From: Azolla caroliniana
Taxonomy: Eukaryota; Plantae; Polypodiophyta
Direction of reading: 5' to 3'
NCBI GenBank assembly: GCA_043228905.1
Contig: JBHGNT010000002.1
Span: 4,588,001-4,652,000, forward strand
DNA: 64,000 nt
Below are positions 14,678 to 26,600 of this stretch, piece after piece. The notes under the pieces were generated by a model that ran no database searches, was not told the DNA's origin, and worked only from the letters and a program-made list of their open reading frames with translations. Position numbers and translations under genes: made by a program. The number at the start of each line of letters is the position of its first letter. Position 1 is the first letter of the stretch.

Positions 14678-14689
14678 TTGAAACGATTT
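14678..14689 (+). promoter_or_regulatory. Self-priming-type primer binding site of chromovirus C
   Basis: TTGAAACGATTT, 2 nt after the 5' LTR, is complementary at 11/12 positions to AAATCGGTTCAA (14431-14442), ~33 nt downstream of the LTR TATA box. No TGG tRNA-type PBS is present. Confidence 0.75.
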
Positions 14690-17600
14690 TGTCTCCTTCC
14701 TTCTCTTCCTTTATCTTCTTACTTCTCCCTCCCTTCATACTAATATCTTATTCCTCTTTTCTCTCATACTATGACCACTGTTAGCGCTCAAGAATATCAA
14801 TCTGTTTTTCGGAGTTGCAATGCTTGAAAGAGAAGTTTCTCGCATTGGAACAAGAAAATCAACAACTATTGGGGGAGCTTCAACAAATATCCTTAGAGAA
14901 GCAGCAGACGCAACAACAACATGGGGAACTAGCATTACGCGTGCAACAACTCGAAGCAACCATAGTAGCAATGCAACAACAAGGACCCAGTACACAAGGG
15001 GTTCATAAAGAACCCAAGATCGGCCTTCCCATGAAATTCGATGGAATGCGATCGCAGTTTAGAGGATTCCTTAATCAGGTATGATTAGTCATTCAAATGC
15101 ATCCTTCCCGATATCCCACCGATGCATCACGTGTGGGTTTAGTAGGCACGTTGTTAAGTGCCTCAACTTTGGCATGGTTCGCTCCGTTGTTAGAAAAGGA
15201 ATCTCCTTTACTAAATAATTTTGAAGAGTTTTTAAGTGAGTTTAAAGCCTGTTTTGGAGATACTGACAACATAAGGATAATAATCAACAAAATCCAACGA
15301 TTACGTCAAGGTGATCGTCCAACCTTCGCATACGCTGCAGATTTCCGCCTACTCGCCTCTGATATCCCTTGGGATGACCAAGCACTTATGGAGCAATTTC
15401 ATTATGGTCTACATAACGATTTCAAGGATTTACTCTTGACCTTCCCCGAAGAACCAAAGTCATTGACAGAAGCAATCAGTCGCGCGGTGAGATGCAACAA
15501 CCGTCTTTTCGAACGACATTCGGAACGTCAGTTCCAGATGCCAAGAGCAAGATTAGAGCCCACCTACGCCTCAGTGGAGTCATATAATGTGTCTCCAGTT
15601 AATACTCCAACTTTGATGGAAATTGACACTACACGTCGTCGTAGACCATTATCGGAAGAAGAAAAGCAGAGCAAATCGACTATGTCTTTATTGCGGTGGA
15701 CCAAGGCATATTGAAGTGAACTTTCCCCATAGGCCAAGAAGACAGGTGAACCAAATAGTTGCTAGTCCTAATTGTACTAAACCCGAGTCTATTTATGTAG
15801 GAATATCTGATAGTCCTAACAATACTAATAGCCCAAATCTATCAAACAAATTTGATGTCCTTAGTAAGTCAGAAGAAGAGGTAAACGACTAAGTCCAGCC
15901 AAAATAGGAGTCGTTTGGTTGGACAACCCTAGATTTGTGCAACCCATTAGTGGTTCCATTCCCTCTAAGAAAGTTAGCAATGTGTTCTTAGCCCAAGTAA
16001 CTGTTAGTACTAAAAGTACCCCTCCAGTACATGTCTCAGCACTCCTAGATTCCGGAGCTAATTTTTGCTTCATGGATAGGAATTTTGCCCAAGCTCATCA
16101 GATATCCCTAAGAAAACTCCCGTGTCCAGCCTCTGTAGTAGTCATTGATGGTCGTCCCATTGCTTCCGGAAATATCATAGAAGAGTCAGAGCCCGTTAAT
16201 ATTGTCCTAGATAATTTAGCGTGTGTAGTATCATTTAATATAATTAGTATCCCAGAACATCCCATTGTTTTGGGATTACCATGGTTCGAATTACATAACC
16301 CAGACATAAATTGGAGAACAAGAGAAATCCGGTATCGACAAACCCGAGGATCTACTCATAAGATTGCAACCATTTTGTTACATCAGTTGCGTGAGGAAGG
16401 ACGCAAGGAAGAAATGTTTCTCTTCGCAGTATCAGTAAAACGCTCCAACACCACTAAAGAGGAGTCCACCGTTCAACTTCCAGAGAAGTATCGTCATTAT
16501 GCCGACGTGTTCAATAAAGTACAAGCCAATACGCTTCCTCACCATCAACCGTATGATTGCCCCATCGATTTACAACCGGGAAAAGGGCCACCATGGGGAC
16601 CAATCTACAATTTGTCACCAACCGAGCTAGAAGTTCTTCGAGCCTATATAGAGGAGAATTTGGCAAATGGTTTCATTCGACATTCGAAATCTTCATCCGG
16701 CGCACCCATTTTCTTCGTCAAGAAAAAGGATGGATCACTTCGTCTCATCGTAGATTACCGTGGCTTGAATAAGGTCACCATCAGGAATAGGTACACACTT
16801 CCCCTTATCTCAAGTCTTTTAGAATGGATCGACTTACGAGGAGCATATAACCTCGTACGGATCCGACCAAGAGATGAATGGAAGACCGTGTTTCGCACCA
16901 GATATGGGCACTTCGAGTATACGGTCATGCCATTCATCCTCACTAATACGCCAACAGTCTTCCATTCTAGCACATGGCAAATGATATATTTTGAGATCTC
17001 TTGGATGTTTGTTTGATCATCTATTTGGATGATCTATTGGTTTATTCGAAGACCCAAGAAGAGCATGATTCTCATGTATTGTTAGTACTAAAACAACTTT
17101 GAGAACATGGTCTTTATGCAAAGTTGGAAAAATGTAGTTTCGAGTGCAACAAGGTAGAATTTCTAGGCTATGTCATTTCCTTGGAAGGCATCTCCATGGA
17201 TCCGGCTAAGGTCAAAATGGTGGTAGAGTGGCAGACTTCGCGTTTGTTGCGAGATGTGCAATGCTTTTTAGGCTTTGCCAATTTCTACCGCAAGTTTATA
17301 CAAGATTTCTCAAAGCTTGTTCTGCCTCTCACACAACTCACCAAGAAGGGACAATCGTTTGTTTGGTCTGAAGAAGCAAACATGGCTTTTGAGGGTCTTA
17401 AGAAGGCATTTACATCAGCTTCTATTCTGGCTCATGTTGATCTAGAAAAACCATTCATCATCGAATCAGATGCGTCGGATTTCGCATTGGGTAGCATTCT
17501 GTCACAACAAGGCGATGATGAAAAGCTCCATCCTGTGGCTTTCCACTCATGCAAGTTTGAGGCTGCCGAAATCAACAATGAAATTCATGATAAGGATCTA

Positions 17601-17785
17601 TTAGCAATAGTGGACTCTTTTACGCAATGGAGGCATTTTCTAAAGGGATCTTCTCATCAAGTCACCGTATTCAATGATCACAAAAACCTTGCCTACTTTT
17701 TGAATGCTTGTGTGTTAAATTGACGTCAAACTCGATGGGCCTAATTCCTCACTCATTTTGACTTCAAAATTACATATCGTCCGGG

Positions 17786-18002
17786 GAAGCAACAAGGGAA
17801 GGCAGATGCATTATCACGACGCTCGTATCTAGCACCGCGTCCTGGCGAGCTAGCTTCCGATAACCAAAAGCAAGTAATCCTGGGACCAGCACGAAGCAAC
17901 AAGGGAAGGCAGATGCATTATCACGGCGCTCGTATCTAGCACCGCGTCCTGGCGAGCTAGCTTCCGATAACCAAAAGTAAGTAATCCTGGGACCAGCACG
18001 AC
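17786..18002. repeat. 107-bp tandem duplication in chromovirus pol
   Basis: GAAGCAACAAGGGAAGGCAGATGC... at 17786 and 17893. A second duplication (39-bp period) lies at 18603/18642. Confidence 0.9.
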
Positions 18003-19597
18003 TGCAAGCAATAGAGGTTTTCGGAATGCCCTTGGATTCCCACGTTATCGATACCATATGTGAGGACTTGAAGACATATGCTTTTGCCCAACCCATTCTA
18101 GCACAAATCGATCCTTCTCGAACATCTTCTTCACAGTCGCAACAACCAGGTACGGACTATCGACAATTCAAATGTCATGATGGATTACTATTCTTTAAGA
18201 AACTGTTGTATGTTCCTAGTGGTTCTTGTCGCCTTCAAGTAGTCCAAAACTGTCATGACACATATACAGTTGGGCATTTTGGTAGTACTAAAACATTAGA
18301 TTTAGTACAACGATCATTCTGGTGGCCCCATATGCGATAGTTTGTCGAATATTTTGTTCGGACTTGTGATACATGTTGCAGAGCAAAAATGCCAAGGCAT
18401 CATCCATATGGTTTATTAGAACCATTACCAATTCCAAGCAAGCCGTGGCAATCCATTCCTCTAGATTTCATCACAGATCTTCCGGTCTCTAAGGGATTCG
18501 ATGTGATCTTTATAGTAGTAGATCGATATACAAAGATGGCCCATTTTTTGCCATGTACTAAGGAAATCTCCAATGAGGAAACCGCCTAAACTATCACGTG
18601 TGAAGTATGTCGGCATCATGGTCTTCCCGATAATATCATCAAAGTATGTCGACATCATGGTCCTCCCGATAGTATCATCAGTGATCGTAGACCCCAGTTC
18701 GTCTCGAAATTCTGGAAGCACCTCTTTAAAATGCTCAAGGTCACTTGTAACCTCTCCTCCAACTACCACCCACAAACAAACGGCCAAGTAGAACGAACAA
18801 ATCAAATGTTGGAGCAGTATCTTCAGTGCTTTCTAAGCTATCATCAAGATGATTGGGCAGATATTCTCCACTTCGCCGAATTTGGGTATGATAACTTTGT
18901 CCACTCATCCACAAAGGTTACACCATTTTATGCTTATACGGGCTGTCACCCCCAGTGGTGTGTATGTGAAACCCCAAAGTTACCCACAAATCCTTGCGTA
19001 GAGGATCATTTGGAGCGGTTACGCAAGATACAAGCAGATTTATCTACTCATCTACAGCAAGCTCAACAAACACACAAGGTTTACACGGATCGTCATCGGC
19101 TTCCATCTAGTTTTAACATTGGAGATCGGGTATGACTACTTTGACGACACATCAAGACTACTCGCCCATGCGAGAAGTTGGATTATCGACGATTAGGTCC
19201 TTTCCGTATTATCAGAAAAATTAATGATGTCGCTTTTCGTCTCGATCTACCTCCACAACTTCAGGTACATCCGGTGTTTCATAGTTCTCTCCTCGAACTC
19301 TATCAAGACAACACCATCCTAGGTTGTATTAAATAACCTCCACCCCCGATCGAACTTGAAGATGGACCTGAGTACGAGGTTGCCATCATCCTCGATTCCA
19401 AGATTGTTCGCAACAAGCTCTACTATTTAGTCCATTGGCTAGGATATAGTCCCAACGAGAATACTTGGGAACCAATAGAGAATGTAACCAATGCTCGTGC
19501 TCTTCTTAAAGACTTCCATCGTCAATATCCAAACAAACCGGGTCCTCAATCCAAAAAGACTCGTGACACTCATCGTTTTAAAAGGGGGATAGTGTCA

Positions 19598-19669
19598 TGA
19601 TATGGCAAGACTCGAACCCATGACCTTATGTTACATGGGTCGACCTCTTGACCATTAAACTATTTGATG
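19598..19669 (-). ncRNA. tRNA-like A-box/B-box cassette at the start of the chromovirus 3' LTR (antisense)
   Basis: Minus strand reads TAGTTTAATGGTCAAGAGGTCGACCCATGTAACATAAGGTCATGGGTTCGAGTC. A box TAGTTTAATGG, AGGTC variable loop and B box GGTTCGAGTC have canonical tRNA spacing; cloverleaf stems are degenerate. Confidence 0.6.
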
Positions 19670-19888
19670 TAATACAAAGAATATTATTTTCATTTAAGTT
19701 TTACTATAGAAAATTGATGTATATTCCAGATTTCTTTGGAACATTCTAGAAACTTCAGGAGTACTCCTGAGAACACTATAAAAGGAGGCACAAGGCATTA
19801 TTTCGAACCAAATCGGTTCAACGCTAGTCTTAAGCCTCCTAGCTACTATTGTATATTCTCTTAACATAATATATATCTTTTGTTATCA

Positions 19889-19947
<59 letters not shown>

Positions 19948-22900
19948 ACTGATCCTTTCCTTCTCTCGAGAGTTCTACACCTCCCTTAGTACTAATCCTC
20001 ATCTTTTAGTACTAATTCCTTATCTGTCTTAGTACTGCTCCTGACAAAGGGGGATTTGACCTTTTCTTTATGTAATGTGTCTCACCCCTTACTATAAAAG
20101 GGAGTGAGGGGCCATTTTTGAGGTGCTTCTATTTTTGGGGTTTCCATTAGGGTTTCGGAATTTTGGGTTTTAGGATCTCGTTTAAGGGGTTTCATTTGTC
20201 TTCTTCTTCTTCTTCTTCTTTTCCCCTATCCAGTTAGGGTTTCATGTAGAGGGTTTACATTCGGCCTACATGTCCACAGTTGTAATTGGTGTGGTGCTTT
20301 CTATAATGTATCTTGTCTTGTTTAGAGCTTCTTCTCTTGAATCTTAATCTTTCTCTTCCTTCTCGGTTGAACTCACAAGCTTCTCTCTCTCCTCTTACTC
20401 CCTAGTCCAAGAACCCCGTGGTCCCGTCCTATCCAACACGCTGTCGCTATGTTTTGCGGGTACGTGTAGAATTCTAGGCGGGACCATGGGGGTCTTGGAC
20501 TAGGGAGTGACGGAGCGTAGGAAGCCAACTTCTCTCTGGTTCCGACTGCACTGATTGTGGCACAAACTGGAGCGATTCCGGACGCGTACCGGTGACTACC
20601 AAACGCGAGAGAGGAAGAAAAGGAGAGAACACGCGCGCAACACCGACACAACACACACCTCTTATGTACAGGAAACACAGGGAAGGGAAAGCACTCGACA
20701 CCAACAGAGACACAAATATGCACAACCCTGTATATATATATGATTACAAGAGTGAGTTACAACTCCGACTCCGACTCCGAACCGGACTAAGGTAGGTTAG
20801 GTCGCAACAGCAGTTTGCCGCCAAGCCGCCGTTGGGGAGCTCTCGGGCTCGTCGCACCGACCGGGGTCTTGCACAGGAGGCCGAGCAGAAGCAACCTACA
20901 ACAGGGAGAGATACAACCCCGGCCGCGAGCCGGCTACGCACAGAAGAAGAGAAACTAACCTAACAGCTTGTCGTCATAGCTACTGCTCAACTCCTCGAGA
21001 AGGAGCAGAAAAGAAACGAAGAAAAGAAAGAATGTAGCTAACCCTACAAAGAAACACAAAACGGTATACCCTTAAGACTCAAAATGGGCAACCCCTTCAC
21101 AAGAGGCGCTCCCTTCCTTTTATAGAACAAGGAGGGAGATGCGTTACAATGTGGGATAAATCCCGACCTACATGGGATTCTCTGTCCCGACTTGACTACT
21201 CTTCGGCGCCATAAAGGCGCCCTCGTTATTCACACTAAATGTACAAGGGTGAGCGCACATGCTGCACCCCGCCGATGTAGCCAATATTTCCCGGTTTCCG
21301 CCTCTGGCAGAAATTCTTCACGACATCCGCCGCCACCAAACTGCACGTCCATCGGTACGTGCCAAATTCGGTGAAGGGTGAGAGATTTCGGCCAGTGAGA
21401 AACCATTCAATCGTAATCCGCATCCTGGCTCGCTGCTGGTTTGAATCGTCGGCCTCGGTTCTTCCTTCGCGCTTACCTCCCCGTAGGCTCATTCAACCCG
21501 TCGATGAGTCTTTTGCCGCGATCTCCATAGTACGTGTACTTCCGCAGGCCCTTGTTCGGCCGTATGCACACCCCGCTCTCCGTCGTATGCCCGATGTCCT
21601 CCGCTTGAGGAACGCCCGTAGTGGCCTGCTTGGCCTCCGTCGACCATTCGTGCTGTCCTGATTGTCGTCCCATGATGTTTCGCGTTGCCTTCGTCCTCTC
21701 GCTGCCACCTTCCTTCTCCATGGTCTTACGTCGCCACGTCGGCTCGAACTGCCATGGTCTCCGGAACGGTGTGTAGGATCCTTCTCTGGCCTTCTACGCG
21801 CTTCCTCCGAACCGTGCAACCCATCTTCGCACTCACCTTCCCGCTCCGGCACCTCCGTATGTTGCATACCCTCGTCCGTTGTTTGGCATTGCCTGTGCCA
21901 CGCTCCGGTTCATTGCACGCCTTGTCAGCCCCTTTCCCGGCCAGATCGTGCATCACCTCTCATCCGCATACCGGTGTCCTCCGCATCCGAGGAACACCCC
22001 GTAGTAGCCCGCTTGGCCCTTCCCGTTTTGCGCTGCTGCAACAGGTCCTGAGTCTTCCGCTCGCCGTCGTCCCCTCGCCCCACCAGCTTGTCATCCTGGG
22101 CTTGCCGCGTCAATCTTCGCTACTCTGACTGAGCTGCCGAGATCTACGAAGCGAGTGTGGAGGATCGTCCTCCGGACTCCCTTGTCATCCCCCAACTCCG
22201 ACCCTGTGCAGTCCACTATGCACTCGTCACCTTGTTCCCAGCACCTCCCTTGTGTCGTCTTCCACTTCCTTTGTTCGGCACCGCCTGTGCCGAACACCGT
22301 CCCGTAGTCATGCTTCGATCCGGCCCGCGATGGCCACTTGCGAGACTCTTGTTCCGTCCCAGGTGCGCCTTTCCGGCCCGACACACCTCCCCGTGTTTGC
22401 CCCTACCGGCTCCTTCCAAAACCGTAACCGGCCGGTAAGGGTTTCGCACTTCATCCGCCCCCGTCTTATCGACTCCCGATCCGCTATCTCGTGTCGCCGG
22501 GTTCCATTCCCTGCCGCCACCGTCCTTCTCCCTAGGTCTCACGTTGCCATGTTGGCCGAACTGCCGAAGTCTCCGGATCGGTGTGAGGGTCCCATAGGAC
22601 TGGACTTCGTTTCTCTGCTTGCCGAAATTCGGGTGTCTTTTGTCGGAGTCCTTTGCGACTCTCCTCGTGTCTTCCGCGTAGCCGGGTCCCGCCTTCGTGT
22701 TGCTGGGTCCCGTTTCCCGCCGCCACCAACCTGCTCTCTCAGTCTCATGTTGCCACGTTGGCTGATCTGCCGGAGTCTCTGGTTCGGTGTGGGGATCTTG
22801 TAGGACCGGACTTCCTTATGCCCACTGACATTTCTGGTAGGTCCGATTCGGTTAGTAGCCGCTTCGCCGGCCTGATACCTTCTTTCTCTGCTTCCGTCGT

Positions 22901-23035
22901 CCGTTCACACTCACCTGCTGCCACCGTCCTCTCCTATAGGACTCACGCCGGCACTCAGGCCGACAGCCGGATCGATGTGAGGATCTTCGTGGGACCTCGG
23001 GTTGCCCGCCTTGCCGCCGCCACCGCCCGTCGCTC

Positions 23036-23645
23036 TGTTGGGAGACGGGTCCCTCCGGATGGGAAGGGAGAAGAACAGTGCCGAAACGGTATGAGGAGTA
23101 CCCGGCTACGGAGAGCCGGATGATACAGGCCCGGTGGAAACCGGATGAGGAGTACCCGGCTACGGAGAGCCGGATGGTGCAGAACCGGAGGAAGAGACAT
23201 ATTCGTAAATATGTTTCTGAGAGCCCATCGAGGCTATATTTGTAAATAGCCGAAAAGTCATATTAGTATAAATATGACTTAGGGCAAACTAGTTGTTGCT
23301 GCTGTTATTTTTCTTGTTGGTGCAAGAAGAAGAGAGAGCACGTAACTGTATAGAGAGAGAGAGAGAGAACGAGGTCGTTGCCTCTGTTGTAACCGCCGCC
23401 TGTGGCGAAGATCGTGAGTCTGAGGTCGTTGCCTCCGTGAACTCACTGTTTTGTACATTCTTACATAGTGACAGTTTGCAGCTTGTGGGCTGCCGTGGTT
23501 TTTCCCCTAGTTTGGGGTTTTCCACGTAAACCTCCTGTGTATTTCCTCTTCTTTTGAGTCGTGTTCTATTCCCCGTTTTATGTGTGTCAATATAAGCTCA
23601 GTTGTGGCCGAGCGTTGTGCATAAGGAACGTGGGAGTTCCCGTCA
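23036..23645 (+). mobile_element. Solo LTR G (Copia, related to element F)
   Basis: TGTTGGGA...CCCGTCA with perfect 5-bp TSD CGCTC (23031-23035, 23646-23650). Shares the TATA region and the CGTGGTTTTTCCC..TTTTCCACG motif with F. Confidence 0.9.
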
Positions 23646-23691
23646 CGCTCTAGGCGTCACGCTGGCACTCGGGCCAACCGCTGGAGCCTCT

Positions 23692-26600
23692 TGTTGGGAT
23701 TTCGGTCCCTTCGGATGGGATGGTCGGATGTCGGAAATGAATGCCGACGAGCCCGGTTTCGGTTTCGGATCCGGATGATGAAGACCCCGACTTCGGAGCC
23801 GGATGACGAATGTACCCGGAGAGCGATCCGAATGCAGGGACATATCCGTGAATATGTCTGCTATGGGCCCCTGAGGCTATAGTTGTAAATAGCCCCAAAG
23901 TCATATATGTATAAATATGACTTAGGGCAAACTGTTCTAATGTTGCTACTCATTTTTCTGTTTTTCCACTCAAGAGGAGTGAAGAGAGAGCAGCCGTGAG
24001 AGAGAGAGAGAGATAGAGCGCGAGAGAGGAAGAGGTAGACGCCTCTGTGTATTTCCGCCGCCTGTGGCGAGGACAGCGAGCTCAAGGTCGTCGCCTTGCA
24101 GCTCGCCATTGTATACTTCTCTGTATAGTGTTGGTTTGGAGTCTTGTGCTCCCGTGGTTTTTCCCGTCTAGGGTTTTCCACGTTAATCCCTGTGTACTCG
24201 CGTTTTTTTTGTTTCTCCGTGTGGTTCCTATTTTCTGCTCCATTGATCCGCGATTAATCGGTTGTGGCCGAGCGAAGAAGGGGAATAGAAGGGTCGATTC
24301 CCAACAATCTGGTATCAGAGCGAGCTGTTGCAGAAAATGGAAGGCGGCGGCAGCGGGCAGCCGGGGATGATGGTGCTGAATGCGCAGAATTACGCCGACT
24401 GGAAGATCAAGATGGAGGATCTTCTGATTGTTCGGGACCTGTACGAACCGATTGACAGGTCAGAAATACCGAAGGGGGTACTTGAGTCGGAGTGGAAGCT
24501 CCTGAACCGGAAAGCCGTAGCGACGATCCGACAATATGTCGATGTAAGCGTCCTACAACACGTGGCGAATGACACCAACGCATATGAGATGTGGAAGAAG
24601 CTGTCGGGCCTCTACGAGAGGAAGAATGCGTTGAACCGGACCTCCCTGATGAGGAAGATAGTGAACCTCAAGTACCGGGATGGCGAGAGTATGGTTGAAC
24701 ACGTAAGCACGTTCATGGGATTCGTGAACCAGCTTGCGGCGATTAAGTTCCCGTTGGAGGATGCAATGCAAGCCATCATTCTGATGTGTACATTACCGGA
24801 AAGCTGGGAGAACTTGGTGGTGACTCTCAGCACCTCCTGCACCGAAGATAACCTGTCCTTACAAACGGTAAAGACAAGTATTTTGAACGAAGAAGCGCGT
24901 CGGAGAGATAAAGAACCGGCCTCCGACTCGAAGGCGCTGCTTACCGAATCGGATCGGGGAAGACAATGGAACCGGAGTCCGCAAAGACGGGAGAAGTCGG
25001 GGACCCGGTCGCAGTCAAGAGGAAGGCCTACATGCTTCCACTGTGGGAAGCCGGGGAAGGCCTACATGCTTCCACTGTGGGAAGCCGGGGCACTTCCGAA
25101 AGAATTGTCGGCATTACCGAAAAGACAACGGAGCCGACGACACCGATTCGAAGAAGTCACCGGAGAGAAACGGGGCATACCGGGGAGCCACGGACCGGAG
25201 AGGTTCGGATCGGCGAGGGCAGGACCGGAAAGGAACAACGGCACTCGCGGCAAGTGAGGAAGAAATCATGCTCATCACCGAAGAAGGTGAACTAAACATT
25301 GCCGACGATGAGACGACCTGGGTGGTCGATTCCGGAGCATCGTTCCACCTGACCCCGGAGAGAAGATACTTCTCATCCTACACAGCCGGTGAGCATGGCT
25401 GTGTTCGGATGGGAAATGAAGGTACGTGCCGGATTGCCGGCATCGGAGACGTGTGGTTGACAACCCCGACCGGATGCAAAATGCTGTTGAAGGATGTCCG
25501 ACACGTTCCGGAGGTTCGATTGAACCTGATTTCGGCCGGGAGGCTAGACGATGAAGGCTACACAGGTAGCATCCGGAACGGCGTAATGAAGTTCAGCAAG
25601 GGGAGCCTGATAGTGGCTCGGGCCCGGAAAGACAACACACTGTACCTAATGAATGCCCGGCTATGTCCGGAAGAGCTGAATGTGGCAGCCGACACTGCCG
25701 GTGAGCTGTGGCACAAAAGACTGTGCCACATGAGCGAGAAGGGGATGAAGAGGCTTGCAGAAGACAACCTTATTCCAGTGAAGCATGTGCACCTGGAGAA
25801 GTGCACCGATTGCCTGGCCGGTAAGCAGAACCGAACCTCCTTCCACTCAAGGCCACCGACGAGACGTAGCGCACCATTGGAGTTGGTGCACACTGATGTG
25901 TGTCAGGTAGAAACGAAGTCACATGGCGGAGCCCAGTACTTCGTAACATTCATTGATGATCACAGCCGGAAGCTGTGGACGGCACCGTTGAAGACAAAGG
26001 ACCAAGTGTTGTGCGTCTTCAAAGAACTCCACGCGAGAGTGGAAAGGGAATCCGGCAAGAAGCTGAAAGCGATACGAGCGGATAACGGAGGGGAATACCG
26101 GGGGCAGTTCCAGGAGTACTGTCGCTCGAAGGGAATCCGACTCGAGTTTACTGTGCCGAAGACGCCGGAACTGAACGGGCTGGCCGAGAGGATGAACCGG
26201 ACCATAATGGAGAGGGTCCGGAGTATGCTGGCGCATGCGAAATTACCCAAGGGATTTTGGGCTGAGGCAATGTCGATGGCGACATATGTGATAAATAGAT
26301 CACCCTCAGTACCTTTGGACGGAGACACGCAGTTCCAGGAGTATTGTCGCTCGAAGGGAATCCGACTCGAGTTTACTGTGCCGAAGACGCCGGAACTGAA
26401 CGGGCTGGCCGAGAGGATGAACCGGACCATAATGGAGAGGGTCCGGAGTATGCTGGCGCATGCGAAATTACCCAAGGGATTTTGGGCTGAGGCAATGTCG
26501 ATGGCGACATATGTGATAAATAGATCACCCTCAGTACCTTTGGACGGAGACACGCCGCAGAGAGTGTGGACCGGTAGGGAAGTATCCTACCGGCATCTGA

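Larger units (their letters stand above)
14214..20046 (+). mobile_element. Ty3/Gypsy chromovirus C (Tcn1-like), full-length but mutated
   Basis: LTRs 14214-14675 and 19593-20046, highly similar; TSD AAGAG/AAGGG; PPT AAAAGGGGGATAG. gag from ~14771, protease [33 protein letters not shown] and YLDDL, RNase H ESDASDFALG, integrase, and chromodomain EYEVAIILDSKIVRNKLYYLVHWLGYSPNENTWEP at ~19370-19520. Confidence 0.93.
13867..20438 (+). mobile_element. Solo-LTR-like sequence D (~0.74 kb without the insert), split by the chromovirus
   Basis: TGTTG...CAACA termini; TATA box CTATAAAAG near 20092; its 3' motif CCTAGTCCAAGAACCCCGTGGTCCCG is shared with the LTR of element E. No clean TSD of its own. Confidence 0.6.

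Noticed and set aside
19598-19669. A genuine tRNA gene
   Set aside because: The acceptor and anticodon stems do not pair; reported only as a tRNA-like promoter cassette.
21192-23200. Many overlapping ORFs on both strands as novel genes
   Set aside because: Expected in GC-rich, stop-poor repeat DNA inside element E; no recognisable domains.
25021-25090. Programmed gag/pol frameshift in Copia F
   Set aside because: The shift is fully explained by a 34-bp tandem duplication; removing one copy gives the single ORF normal for Copia.
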